From: Octopus sinensis
Taxonomy: Eukaryota
Reading direction: 5' to 3'
Length of the DNA: 64,000 nucleotides
Assembly (NCBI RefSeq): GCF_006345805.1
Contig: NC_043022.1
Coordinates: 19,902,001-19,966,000 of the forward strand
Position 1 is the stretch's first letter. Every line of letters begins with the position of its first letter. The notes beneath the pieces were generated by a model, which made no database searches, had not been told where the DNA came from, and saw nothing but the letters and a program-made list of their open reading frames with translations. Shown here piece after piece: positions 13,318 through 25,639 of the stretch. Made by a program: the position numbers and the translations under genes.

Positions 13318-13590
13318 GTGAAGGCACATGGCTCAGTGGTTAGGGCATCTGACTCACAATTATAAGGACTGGGCTGTGTGCTGAGTTCTTGAGCAAAACA
13401 CTTTATTTCACATTACTCCAGTTCACTCAGCTGTAGAAATGAGCTGTGACATCACTGGTGCCAAGCTGTATCAGCCTTTGCCTATCCCTTGGATAACATT
13501 GGTAGCATGGGAGAAGAGATCAGTATGCATGGACAACTGCTGGTCTTTCACAAACAGTCTTGCCTGGACTTGTGTCTCGAAGGGGATTTT
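13318..13590 (+). mobile_element. tRNA-head SINE, family E (copies near 22790-22995, 37148-37400, 49775-50100)
   Basis: Head GGCACATGGCTCAGTGGTTAG, body TTGAGCAAAACACTTTATTTC...CTCAGCTGTAGAAATGAG. Confidence 0.75.
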
Positions 13591-13850
13591 TACCTCTTTA
13601 TATATATATATATATATCTTTATTGCCCATGGGGGGGCTGAACATAGAGGGGACAAACAAGGAGACACAAAGGAATTAAGTCGATTACATCAATCCCAGT
13701 GCATAAATGGTACTTATTTAATCAACTCCAAAAGGATGAAAAGCAAAGTCAACCTTGATGGGATTTGAACTCAGAACATAACGGCAGATGAAATACTGCT
13801 AAGCATTTCACCCAGGATACTAACAATTCTGCCAGCTCACCGTCCTATAC

Positions 13851-13882
<32 letters not shown>

Positions 13883-13899
13883 GTATATATATATGTATG

Positions 13900-13946
<47 letters not shown>

Positions 13947-14196
13947 TCAATATAGGCCGCTGGTGGCCTAGAATCCACTAGGCCGCTGGTGGCAAAAAAA
14001 TTCTACAAAATTTTTTTTGCCACCCTATATTGATTAATTATGAATTTTCTGGTTAATTCCGTAATGGAATCGGCGGCTTATATTTATTTGCTGCCGATAA
14101 ATTTGGCGCGAGTGCGATGATTTGAAAATTTTAGGTCAGATATTGCCGAGGCAGGGACGGGAATGCCTCGTGAAAAATATCTGTTCCGACTTGGCT

Positions 14197-14303
14197 ATTT
14201 CTTACTGATGAATCTAAGGGCCTATGGTAGATTGGCTTGATTTAATTTAATCAGGTTAGTTTACCATTAAACAGTAGATGAAACGGTGCATCGTATAAGA
14301 AAT
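14197..14303 (+). ncRNA. Type I hammerhead ribozyme, intact core, GUA cleavage site (after 14295)
   Basis: ATTTCTTA-CTGATGA-ATCTA...TAGAT-GAAA-CG gtgcat CG-TA-TAAGAAAT: 8-bp helix I, 5-bp helix II capped by a 19-bp helix, self-complementary helix III. Confidence 0.88.
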
Positions 14304-14654
14304 TACAGGGTAAATGTTTTTTTAATTTTCTCCTGGTTTACGGAATTGATGTTATTTTGCGGTTGAAGCTTTTGGCTGTTATTTCTAGTGGGTGAATGGC
14401 CTATTATGGCCGTTCCTTGATTGTGAGGTATATATATATATATATTATTGAAGTAGATAAATGAATTATCTTATTACGGATAATTCAAATGATAACCGAT
14501 ACCTGAGTAGCAAAAATCACAACAGAAAAAGCACGGTTGAGGTTACGACCATGGGGCCTAAATTCCGTGCCTTAGTGCGGAAATTTGAAGTTTTATATAT
14601 TTAGTGTAGGAAGAAATGGAGCTGAACGAAGATTTAACAAAATTCCTTTTTATT

Positions 14655-14740
14655 ATTTTCTACATATGTTTCAAAGGCTGCTAAGTCCCTAATTCGGATT
14701 GAATAAGGAGTCCATTTTGCAGCCTTCTCTTCAGGAAAAT
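14655..14740 (-). ncRNA. Type I hammerhead ribozyme, intact core, GUA cleavage site (between 14661 and 14660), sense to dsh pre-mRNA
   Basis: Minus strand ATTTTC-CTGAAGA-GAAGGCTGC...GCAGCCTTT-GAAA-CATATG-TA-GAAAAT: 6-bp helix I, 9-bp helix II, palindromic ACATATGT helix III. Confidence 0.88.
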
Positions 14741-14946
14741 CCAGGAACTTAATTCTCCAACAAAATGCACAGCAAGCTTTTCGACAAACGCTCACGAGGA
14801 GCCCATGGAATAAATGGCACAAACTGTCTATCTATATGCGTTGACGCCAGGCTGGGTGAAAGCAGACGAGAATGTCCGTTGAGATAATTCAAGGTCAAAA
14901 GCCTGTTAGCAGAAGGGGAGTACAGGAAAATCAAAGAGTGTGAATG

Positions 14947-15011
<65 letters not shown>

Positions 15012-15340
15012 CATATATACACACACATACATGTCCTGGGTATGATTCAACACTGCATCTGATGCTGCATAGTGGGACCTGTTATGATCTCAGCTATGGG
15101 TTAACTAGCATGTGATGCACCGGGAGTGAAGGAGTCCTAGAATTTCCTTTTGAGAAAAAGGTGAATTCATAAAAAAAAAAAAAAACCTGAAGCAGAGTTA
15201 ATTCCTGGTCTTTTTAACTTCTGTTGTGCCACTGGTTTTATAGCTGATTGTGACGCAAGGGAGCTTCAGTGCAATGCAGAACTTTTGTCCACTCACAACA
15301 AATTCACACACAGGAAGTACTTGGGCTACCAGAATACTCT

Positions 15341-15556
15341 TTACTCTCTCTCTTTTACTTGTTTCAGTCATTTGACTGCGGCCATGCTGGAGCACCGCCT
15401 TTAGTCGAGCAAATCAACCCCGGGACTTATTCTTTGTACGCCCAGTACTTATTCTATCGGTCTCTTTTGCCGAACCTCTAAGTGATGGAGACGTAAACAC
15501 ACCAGCATCGGTGGTCAAGCAATGCTAGGGGGACAAACACAGACACACAAACACAT

Positions 15557-15607
<51 letters not shown>

Positions 15608-15775
15608 TACATATATACGACTGGCTTCTTTCAGTTTCCGTCTACCAAATCCACTCACAAGGCATTGGTCGGCCCGAGACTATAGTAGAAGACACTTGCC
15701 CAAGATGCCACGCAGTGGGACTGAACCCGTAACCATGTGGTTGGTTAGCAAGCTACTTACCACACAGCCACTCCT
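15341..15775 (-). mobile_element. tRNA-head SINE, family B (copies near 40018-40412, 50110-50507, 50558-50895, 9580-9745, 58790-59030; + strand near 1490-1670, 44560-44945, 54500-54730)
   Basis: Head GGAGTGGCTGTGTGGTAAG...GGTTCAGTCCCAC, internal (TA/CA)n, tail ...GACTGAAACAAGTAAAAGAG. Confidence 0.85.
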
Positions 15776-18700
15776 GCGAATGTTTGCATGGACTTTCTAA
15801 GTGGTCTTACCCGATCACAAGTTGACTTCTATTATATATCATGAGATCGGCCAGACTTACCAGATGTTATACACTGCTGGTCACAATGCACTTGGTTTAG
15901 TTTTAGCTTTAGAATGATGACCCCCCTCCCACCCCCTAAGTTAGCAGGCCAACATTTATCCCCTGATCAGAAGGATACTGTCACAGGGTTACATGAACTA
16001 CAGCAAGTGAAATGAAGCGTTTTGCTTAAGAACACAATGTGACACCCAAATGTTGAAACCACAGTCTAGCAATCATGAGTGTAACACCCTAACCACTGAG
16101 CCATGTGCCTTCACATACATGTGAGAGTGTGTGTGCATGTGCACATGTCTATATATGTCTATATATATATATATATACACACACACACATACATATAAAT
16201 AAATAAATAATATATGCATTTCTAGTCATGAACCAATGGAAAACACCCAAAGGATTTGATCAAAACATCCGCAAAAACTGTGTAGCACACAGTACCCCCA
16301 CCCCGAAGCCTTTCCTGTGTGTATTTCTCCAGCCATCTACTTCTAAACCGAGTTTATTTGGAACACCAGCAAGAACGCAAGAGATACATTTCATTTTATT
16401 TATTACAGCAGCAGTCAGACTGAAATGAAGTGCAATATAGACAAGGTATATTTTAGTAGAAGCATGCGTATTAGCAGATAAGCTGTTGGAAGTTTAATTG
16501 AGCTGAAGGAAGACAGCTAAGCCAAAAAAAAAAAAAACAGAAAAGCACAAGCAAATACATACATATATATATATATATTTATATATACATATATATACAC
16601 ACATGCAGCAAATTGGAAGCAGTAGAGTCAAAATATAAAATGAAAATAAGTTTATATAATATGTGGTATCAGTTTTGTTTGTCTTTTCTTACAAAACCCA
16701 AAAGTGCTCAATACACACCTACGTTAGAAATATGTAGAGCCTGTAATAATTGCATGTTGGGTTGGTAAACAGGGTTATTTTGTCATACTTATAGGTTTGA
16801 TGTGACTGACCTTACAGCCATCCCTGCTGATCAGTGAGTCTAAAATAAGGAGAAATAAAATAGCAATTAGGATATTTGCAAAGTGTTGGCACCTCTCTAA
16901 TTGGTCAATGATGCAGAGCCCTTTCCATCAAGCATTAGGCAGTTCTGCTTTGAAGTTAATCAAAAGTATTTTAGCATATCCTGGCAAGTTGAGAATACTT
17001 CAGATTTTTGGTTGAAGATTGAAAATGAAGGGGTTGGAAATGCAGATTTTCTCGATAATATAGATGTTAGCAAACTTCTGTCCATTCCTAAATGCTGTGT
17101 ATCAAATTCAATATTTATATTTTTCCCTGCATTCTTTTATACCAAATGCTTGGAAAGTGATACAGGTTTTTTTTTTCTTCTTCTTTCTTTATACCCCAGA
17201 TGGTGTTGAGTTCAATAGCAATAGCCATTTCACTAAGCATACTACTACATGTTCTCATCATTGCTGTCTCTTCTTTGCAAATTGTGAAATGATCTCTTCT
17301 ATTTAAAGAAATTTAATGTAGGCTCTTTATCTAACCAAAGAGCTTAAAATAAGAATATAATTTTTTTAAAATGATAAGTAAAAACAGGTGGGAGAAGTTA
17401 TAAGAATGCTGAGATGCAAACAGCAGTTTATGGGAAATTAGGGGCTGCAATAGTGGAGATGTTAGTTGTTGAAGTAACAGATGAAAGCAGCAAGTGATGC
17501 GCCAGCAAAGTTTTCCCAGACTGACAGAAGGTGAAAAAGGGAATAAAAACGGAAAGAACAAAAGTCTCCACCGAGTGGAGGTGGATGTGGCGATATGGAG
17601 GGGGGTGGGTGAGGGACTAAAGAATGAATGCTAAATAAAAATTGAAAAAAAATAAAACTCCAGAAGATGAAGGGGCTGAGAATTAAGGAATTACATGTCT
17701 TTTTCCTCCCCCAAAATCCTATGGGTTGATGCAGTTGTAGAAGTCAACAAAAATTAAAATAAAATGTTAAAATTGTTGGGCAATATTATTCAACCCCAAG
17801 CCAACACTAACTAAATATACCTATTTCTTTATTACCCACAAGGGGCTAAACAAGGACAAACATAGGTATTAAGTCGATTACATCGACCCCAGTGCGTAAC
17901 TGGTACTTAGTTTATTGACCCCGAAAGGATGAAAGGCAAAGTCGACCTCGATGGAATTTGAACTCACAACGTAACGGCAGATGAAATACCGCTAGGCATT
18001 TGGACCGGCGTGTCAACGTTTCTGCCAGGTCACCGTCTTCTAACTAAATATACCTATAATCAATAATACCTAATTCTGACCATCCCATTTTTTTGGCAGA
18101 GCTAGGGCAGTGCTCAACGAGTCCTTTTTAACCCTTTAGCATGTTAACCAGCCATATCCAGCCCAAATATTTTACATCATACACAGTGCATCTCAAATTA
18201 CTTTACACAATATGTCTTTCCTATTTTTCAGTTTGTGTCTTTTTAATGATGATATGGAGTGATTTGAGGGAGATTAGGGTTCTGTATCGAGAAGGCTAAG
18301 CAACCGCATAGAGACAGCTCCTACTAGGACATGAGGAGAGCTGGATAGTTGTGGCGATGGGATGGTGTGGGGTAGGGCTAAAAGGGAATAGGTTACTGTT
18401 ACTGTTTAGCACCAGTTCAGCCCCAGATCAATCAGACCTTTGATTGAAAGCCAAGGTCACTCTGTCTTTCTAGGGAGACATTATCAAACGCATGGATTGG
18501 TGATGGATGCGCCACAGTTCTCAAGTTGCTCACTCATGTGTTCTCTCACCATCCACCATTCAGATTACTGTCAAATTTCATATTTATTTATTTGCATTGC
18601 TTTCAATAGTCATGAATTATCTCATAGCTCCAAGATTTCATTGATGTCATTGGTTATTTTTAGAATGACATTGTAAGGTAAGTGTGAGAGATTAGATCTG

Positions 18701-20407
18701 GTAGAATATTTGCGCTGGATATAGCTTGTTTAACCTCTTAGCATTCACATTGTGGTCCATTTAAACGCTTAAGGCCAAAGGGCCTCAAACGTTATCAAAT
18801 TTTTTTGTGGGTCACTGAGCAGCTGATAGCTTTTAGATAGGTTGTTGTGTCATGTTTTATTCAATTTCTGCTTTAACCTTTAGCACACAGAAGGTAAATC
18901 CTGTTGCAGTAGGAGTTTTCACCCCTCTCAATGCAACACAGTGTGCCTGGGGAGATAACTTGTATGGCAGCATGATTCACCTTCAGTATGCTAAAGGTTA
19001 AACAGAAATTAAATCATGACACAATAGTCTAAGCAACAGAAATGGTGGTTGGGGGGGGGGATAAGACAAATGTAAAATAATAAACAAATAAAAATATAAA
19101 TGTGGGCCATTGCCTTTGTCTAATAAACCATACTTCATTTTTTTGTTTTTGTTTTTTTAGAGAGGGGCAACTATTTTTCATGAAACAGGCTGCATGAGAA
19201 ATGGTGAATCAAATGCTGGGCTGCAATACTTAAAAACAAAAATAAAGATTCTAAGTAATATTTTGTTAAGCATGCCCTTCAGGAAGTCCCATAGACCATG
19301 GGCCACCCATGACAGCTCTAAGGTGCTCTGTGGTAATTCAAGGGGCCATTTGATCACACATGTAGCAGGTTGAGCAAGCACACAGACAGTCTTCTGATGA
19401 ACATATCAGGTGGGGTGAGGTGAGGGTGGTGCTTGTGCTGGGAAAACGAACGGGGACTGGTAAAGGAGTTTAGGGTTAAGGTTAAGCCGTTGACTATGAA
19501 AATCTATGTTAGATAGATGGGAGGAAAGAAATGGTTTTGTGTCTTTTTTTTTTTTAATAAAGGTTAAATCAAAATCAAATAAAAACGGAAACAAAAACAG
19601 AAACGATATTACAAACCCGAGCTATACATCGAGCTTGCTCTGCAGACTTGCTCCCGGTCAACATGCTGGGTGCTTGTCTGTCGCACATTTCCTCGACAAT
19701 TCGCATGATGTTGATGAGAGATTTGTTTATTCTTATTTTCCCAAAGTTTGCGCAAATGATTGTAAGTACTAATTAGACAAGTGCAGTCTTTCGCTACAAA
19801 AACAAACAAACAAACAAAAAACAAAAAAAACACAAAAAAAGTCTTTTGGATTTTCCAACGATGATTATTTCAAATAAAAACAAAAAGAGATATTAAGGGG
19901 AAAATAAAGAAAAAGATTTTCATGCAGTTATGGCAGAAGAGCAAATGAGTGCAGGGGGAAGGCCTAGAAACTTTAAGTCTTTTGTTATCGTATCTCAAAC
20001 AGTACCTGTGAGTCATAATTCATTTTGAAAAAAAATGCTTATCAGGAATTTGAGTGGAATTTTGTAAAACATTCAGCATGAGCTCTGAAGGGTAAATAAT
20101 ATGGACACACTGATGCAGAGAGTTGTCATCAGAGAGTTCCTGTCAGGGGTCTCTGACTGGTTCTTACAAGATCTAATCGTGTTATATTGAAATCTTAGTG
20201 AATCGTTATCTTTTCAACCTTTTACTTGTTTCAGTCAGTTACTGTGGCTATGATGGGGCACCACCTTCAAGGGTCTTTAGCTGAACAAATCACTCATTAT
20301 CTTTTTGTCTTTTTACTTGTTTCAGTCAATTTATTGTGGCCATGCTGGGGCACCACCTTGAAGGGTTTTTAACCAAACAAATCAACCCCAGTAATTTACT
20401 TTTTTCT

Positions 20408-21253
20408 TTTCGTTTTAAAGTCTGGCACTTATTTTATTGTTCACTTTGCCAAACTGCTAAATTACACAGATATTAATAAAGCAACACTAAAATGATTAAA
20501 TAATGGTTTGAAAGTTTGGCTTACGGCAAAGCAAGTTATTGAGAGACAGGATCAGTTGATTACACAAAGCACAGTGCTCGGCTGGTGCTGATTTTTATCA
20601 ACCATGAAAGGATGAAAAGCAAAATCAACAAAATTTGAACACAGAATGTAAAGAGCTGGAAGAAATGTTGCTTAGCATGTGGCCCAATGCACAAGCTAAG
20701 CAAAACACTTATTATGAATGGGTTCTAATTGTAGTACCAATAATTTTGACTGGTACTTTATTGACTTCAGAAGGAGGAAAAGGAAAAAAACGACTTTGCT
20801 GAGATTCAAACTCTGAGCACAAAGAACCAGAACATACACTTGCAAGGTATTGTGTATGAAGCTCTAACAATGCTGCAAATCCACTACCCAGTACTACTAC
20901 TACTGCTACTACTACTACTAATAATAATAATAATGATGGTAATGTGGAAAAGAAGACAAAAGTATTAACCATCTTCTAAGCAAGAGCAAAAAGCTAGCAT
21001 GGCACTTTCGTTTTAAAGTCTGGCATTTATTTTATTGTTCACTTTGCCAAACTGCTAAATTACACAGATATTAATAAAGCAACACTAAAATGATTAAATA
21101 ATGGTTTGAAAGTTTGGCTTATGGCAAAGCAAGTTATTGAGAGACAGGATCAGTTGATTACACAAAGCACAGTGCTTGGCTGGTGCTGATTTTTATCAAC
21201 CATGAAAGGATGAAAAGCAAAATCAACAAAATTTGAACACAGAATGTAAAGAG
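20408..21253. repeat. About 248-bp direct duplication (20408-20655 / 21006-21253)
   Basis: Near-identical TTTCGTTTTAAAGTCTGGCA...GAATGTAAAGAG. Confidence 0.9.
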
Positions 21254-21352
21254 TATAAACGCAAGTATGACTACGATGGTAAACATACTATATTAGAATG
21301 AAAAGAGTCAAAAGAATTGTTGCTAAGCATTTTGCCCAAACTACTAATGATT

Positions 21353-21413
<61 letters not shown>

Positions 21414-22439
21414 TAAATTTGGTAGAGAAAAACTGTATGGAAGGCCATCATGTGTAGGTGAGCGCATGTGCATGTGTGTGTCTTTGCATTTATATGCTGA
21501 ACAATTGACAACTGGTGTTGGTTTGTTGATGGAGCTTAGCCGTTGAAAAAAGAAACCTATAAAATAAAGACCAGACTTCCAAAAAAAAAAAAAAAACTCC
21601 GGGATCAATTTGTTCAACCAAACCCCTTCAAGATGATGCCCCTGGATGGCCACAGTTGCATAAATGAAACAAGTAAAAGATAAAATATAAAAGAATGATT
21701 GTTGAAGTAGAAAAGTAGGAAATAGAATAATATGGAGAGAAGATGAGGGAGTGCCCCACAGTAGATTTAAACAGTCAGGTTTCTTTGGAACATTCAGTGA
21801 AGTCTTGTACAGTGAAGGGCAACATTCACAATAGAAATGCCAGGTAGTATTAGAATCTGCCATTTACAGAACACAAGAGCAAACTATTTTAATAATACAG
21901 GCCATGCAAATAGTAAAACACAAACTCAAGAACGGAGTAAAAGTAAAGTTTCGGTGGTGCAGTCAAGGCTAGTCGCAGAGGCCTCTGTATACAGAGATAA
22001 AAGGTGCAAGAAAGACCCACATTGGACGACTTTTCACATCTATGACCCAGAGCTACTCCTACTACTGCTACACACGTAAATATTTTTGACTGTGTGTCTA
22101 AACATCCGGCTTCCTCTTCAGCTCTCATCAGTTATTGTTGACCCATGACACGGATGAAGTGTAACTTTCAAAGGTGTATTGCTTCCACAGCATCATAATC
22201 ATGTCTGTCTGTGTGTGTGTGTATACATACACACACACACACACACACATTCTTATTAGAAGGAACTGAGTGACTGGAGGGCCTAGAGTTTCAAGCATTA
22301 GCACTTAATGCACAAAACACACAGCCCTTCAGTTCCCTCTGCTAAATATTATTAAAAATACATATACTCATGTTTTGTGTTCTTCCCCTGTTTGCATCAC
22401 CAAGCACACAAAAACTAAACAATATAGATAAGGAAAAAA

Positions 22440-22668
22440 GGTGGCGAGCCGGCAGAAACGTTAGCGCGCCGGGTGAAATGCGTAGCCGTATTTCGTCTGC
22501 TGTTACGTTCTGAGTTCAAATTCCGCCGAGGTCGACTTTGCCTTTCATCCTTTCAGGGTCGATAAATTAAGTACCAGTTACGCACTGGGGTCGATATAAT
22601 AGGCTTAATCCGTTTGTCTGTCCTTTTTGTCCTCTCTGTGCTTAGCCCCTTGTGGGTAATAAAGAAAT
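22440..22668 (+). mobile_element. tRNA-head SINE, family A (copies near 13620-13845, 17823-18040, 27185-27420 and 32608-32820 on -, plus many decayed copies)
   Basis: A box GGCAGAAACGTTAG, B box GAGTTCAAATTCC, shared body GGTCGACTTTGCCTTTCATCCTTTC. Confidence 0.85.
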
Positions 22669-23437
22669 AAATATAGAGAAGGAAATTGGAAATTTTGGGG
22701 ATATTATTTGTTTCCAAGTTCCTGTACAATAACTCAGTAAAGAATATGTTCATAATTCTCAATTTAATAATTATTTTGCACTAACACACCACCGATGTTA
22801 TCCAAGGGAAAGGCAAAGGGGCCGATACAGCTTGGCACCAGTAATGTCACAACTCATTTCTACAGATGAGTGAACTGGAACAATGCAAAATAAAGTGTCT
22901 TGCTCAAGAACACAACACACAGCCCAGTCCAGGAATTGAACTCACTACCTCATGATATATACTTGTATACGTGAAGGCACATGGCTCAAACCACTGAGCC
23001 ATGTGCCTTCACATATACAAGTGTGTGTGTGCACATGCATACACACATACACAGAGAATATCACTACTGTTACTACTTACACAAAAATATCTAAGGCCCC
23101 AATCCAAAAGAAACTCCATCTAACTGCAAAGACCCCTCAGCACTAACCCTTTAGCATTCAGATTACTCTGTCAAGTATCACGCTTATTCATTCACGTTGT
23201 TTTCAATTAACCATGCATTATATCATGGCATCAAAATGTTCATGATGTGATTGTTTGTTTTCAGGATAACACTGAAGATGTATGTGGCTGATTCTGCCTG
23301 GTTTGAATATAAAACCCTTTGAATATTTGGGCTAGATATGGCCAGTTGGAAGGGTACAGGGGCTTTAACACTTTAGCGCTAAAACATCTGTACCCTTTAA
23401 CAAACTGTCCTGTGCCTCTTATACCCTTTGTTTTCTT

Positions 23438-23470
<33 letters not shown>

Positions 23471-25588
23471 TACTGCTACTACAGCCTCTGTTCCATGCAA
23501 CCAGCTAGTTTCATATCTAAGACCCCATGAATCACTTCCCTTCCCTATTCTCACCTAGGCTCTCACACTCACCATATTACCCAGTCCTAGCTCCACAATT
23601 AACATCCATTCTCTGGAATCCACTGCTGCCCATAATGTTTTTCCTTAAAGATCGTCGAGCTGAATATAAACTGTATCAGTTTCACCTGCAGCCTCGGACA
23701 GTTTGCGAAGGCCATGGACACTGACTAACTAGCCCTCCCTCTTGATCAACTAAGCAATTTTTGTATGATTATTATTATTATCATCAAAGATATAATCTGT
23801 AAACAAAATTAAAATCTTTATATATCCAGTCAGTCCTTGAAGGATAAAAATGCACCTCAAGTCAATATACACAGCATATGGGATGTGGGTTGAAGTATTA
23901 AAAATAGGAAAACATTTCTGTTTCGAAAATTTAAAGAAATGGCAATTTTCCGATAATAAAAGAGTAAAAAAAAAAAGACAGAAAACAATGTGTAAGCAAA
24001 GGGGAAGCAGTAACAAAAAAAAAAAAGAAGAAGAAAAGTAGAACAAGAAAGAAAACAAATGCAAGCCATGCAAAAAAGAAAACCCCCCACAAAATAATAA
24101 CAATAATAATAATAATAAAAAAAGCTTGTATGTTTTGTAAAGCACAATATCCTTCCTTACCTTTGGCTATTTTTGTAAGATTTTTAAAAAGAGCAGAGAA
24201 CTTTCATGTATTAAATGTTACAATTGGAATGAAAAATACTTAATCGTTATTAGGAAAATATTTTTTATTAGCAGTGTCATCATCATCATCATCTCTCAAT
24301 AACTTATGATTCCTTATTTATCAAGGCAATAAGGAAGACCCTGTCCAAGGGAGGAGAGCATTTACACTCATTCAACCGACGATCGAAACACTTGCCAGAT
24401 CTTCTTCAAATCATACACCCGACTAAGGGGTGGGGGAAACATCAAATAATGCAGTGCTGAATATTCCGTTCTAAAACAAGGTAGGGAAGGTCACAATAGG
24501 AACATTTTTGATCTTAGGTTCACTTGGTCAGAACTAACACTGACCAGGGGTCCAACAACAAAAGCTAAGTTAACAAGAGGACTTCTACCTGACTGCTCAA
24601 CCTGCGAAATATAGTAGTCAAAACTCCCTCAAACCACATCAATTTGTCGTTAAAATAACAAACAGTACACAGTATAGCTTATTCATAGGTATGCTTTTTG
24701 TATTTATATTTCATTTTACTTCTTTCATTCATCAACCTGTGGCCATGCTGGGGCACCACTATGAGGGTTTAAACAAATCAACCCTAATGGTCATCACATA
24801 GTTTTCTGTCATTAAAGTAAATTTTGGCTTACAGCCGTTTCCAGTAATCATTATTGGTTATGTTAACGATAGGTTTGAGTAAACCTATCAGTAACATACC
24901 TACAATGTGTTGTACCTGTAATTCAAAAGGCCCATCTGTGTCACATTCTGTATTATGCTGAATCTGCTTAAGAACTATGTTAACAACAGATGTGTCTATG
25001 GAGCACTCAGCCACTTTCACGTTAATTTCACAAGCAGGCTGTTCTGTTGATTAGATCAACTAAAAACCCTCATCATCATAACCAACATCCAGTCTGGATC
25101 ACATTCTCTAACTTATTCTGTGCCGGTGGCACGTAAAAAGCACCCACTACACTCATGGAGTGGTTGGCGTGAGGAAGGGCATCCAGCCGTAGAAACATTG
25201 CCAGATCAGACTGGGCCTGGTGCAGCCTTACGGCTTCCCAGACCCCAGTTGCACCGTCCAACCCATGCCAGCATGGAAAGCGGACGCTAAACGATGATGA
25301 TGATGATGATTCTGACAGGAGGGAGAGATTTAAAAGGAGACATAGCTGCTAGTTCTAGCAGATCAGGCAATCACAAACAGAATTTCACACTGGTTCCTCC
25401 TAGCTTTATTGGACAGCCGGATATAATCTATGGATATTTGGCTGGTATTTCTACCCAATAGAGCAGCCTGGTAGAGGCTCATTCTTTGCTTTATGCTGAT
25501 GCTAAATAACAAAGAGCTACTCTAGTTTAAAAAAAAAAAGCTGTGCATATGTTTGTACAAGTGTGTATGAAATAGAGGAGAATGTATA

Positions 25589-25639
<51 letters not shown>

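Noticed and set aside
19468-19486. TTAGGGTTAAGGTTAAG telomere-like run (similar at 4612-4632)
   Set aside because: Only two or three degenerate units, expected by chance.
17400-21984. Other polypyrimidine-AG sites (17520 and 21984, minus strand)
   Set aside because: Phase-1 frames close within about 20 codons; weaker than the 19793 candidate and may be UTR or intron sequence.
22440-22530. tRNA-like A/B boxes here and at other SINE heads
   Set aside because: No complete cloverleaf, and each continues into a multicopy SINE body.
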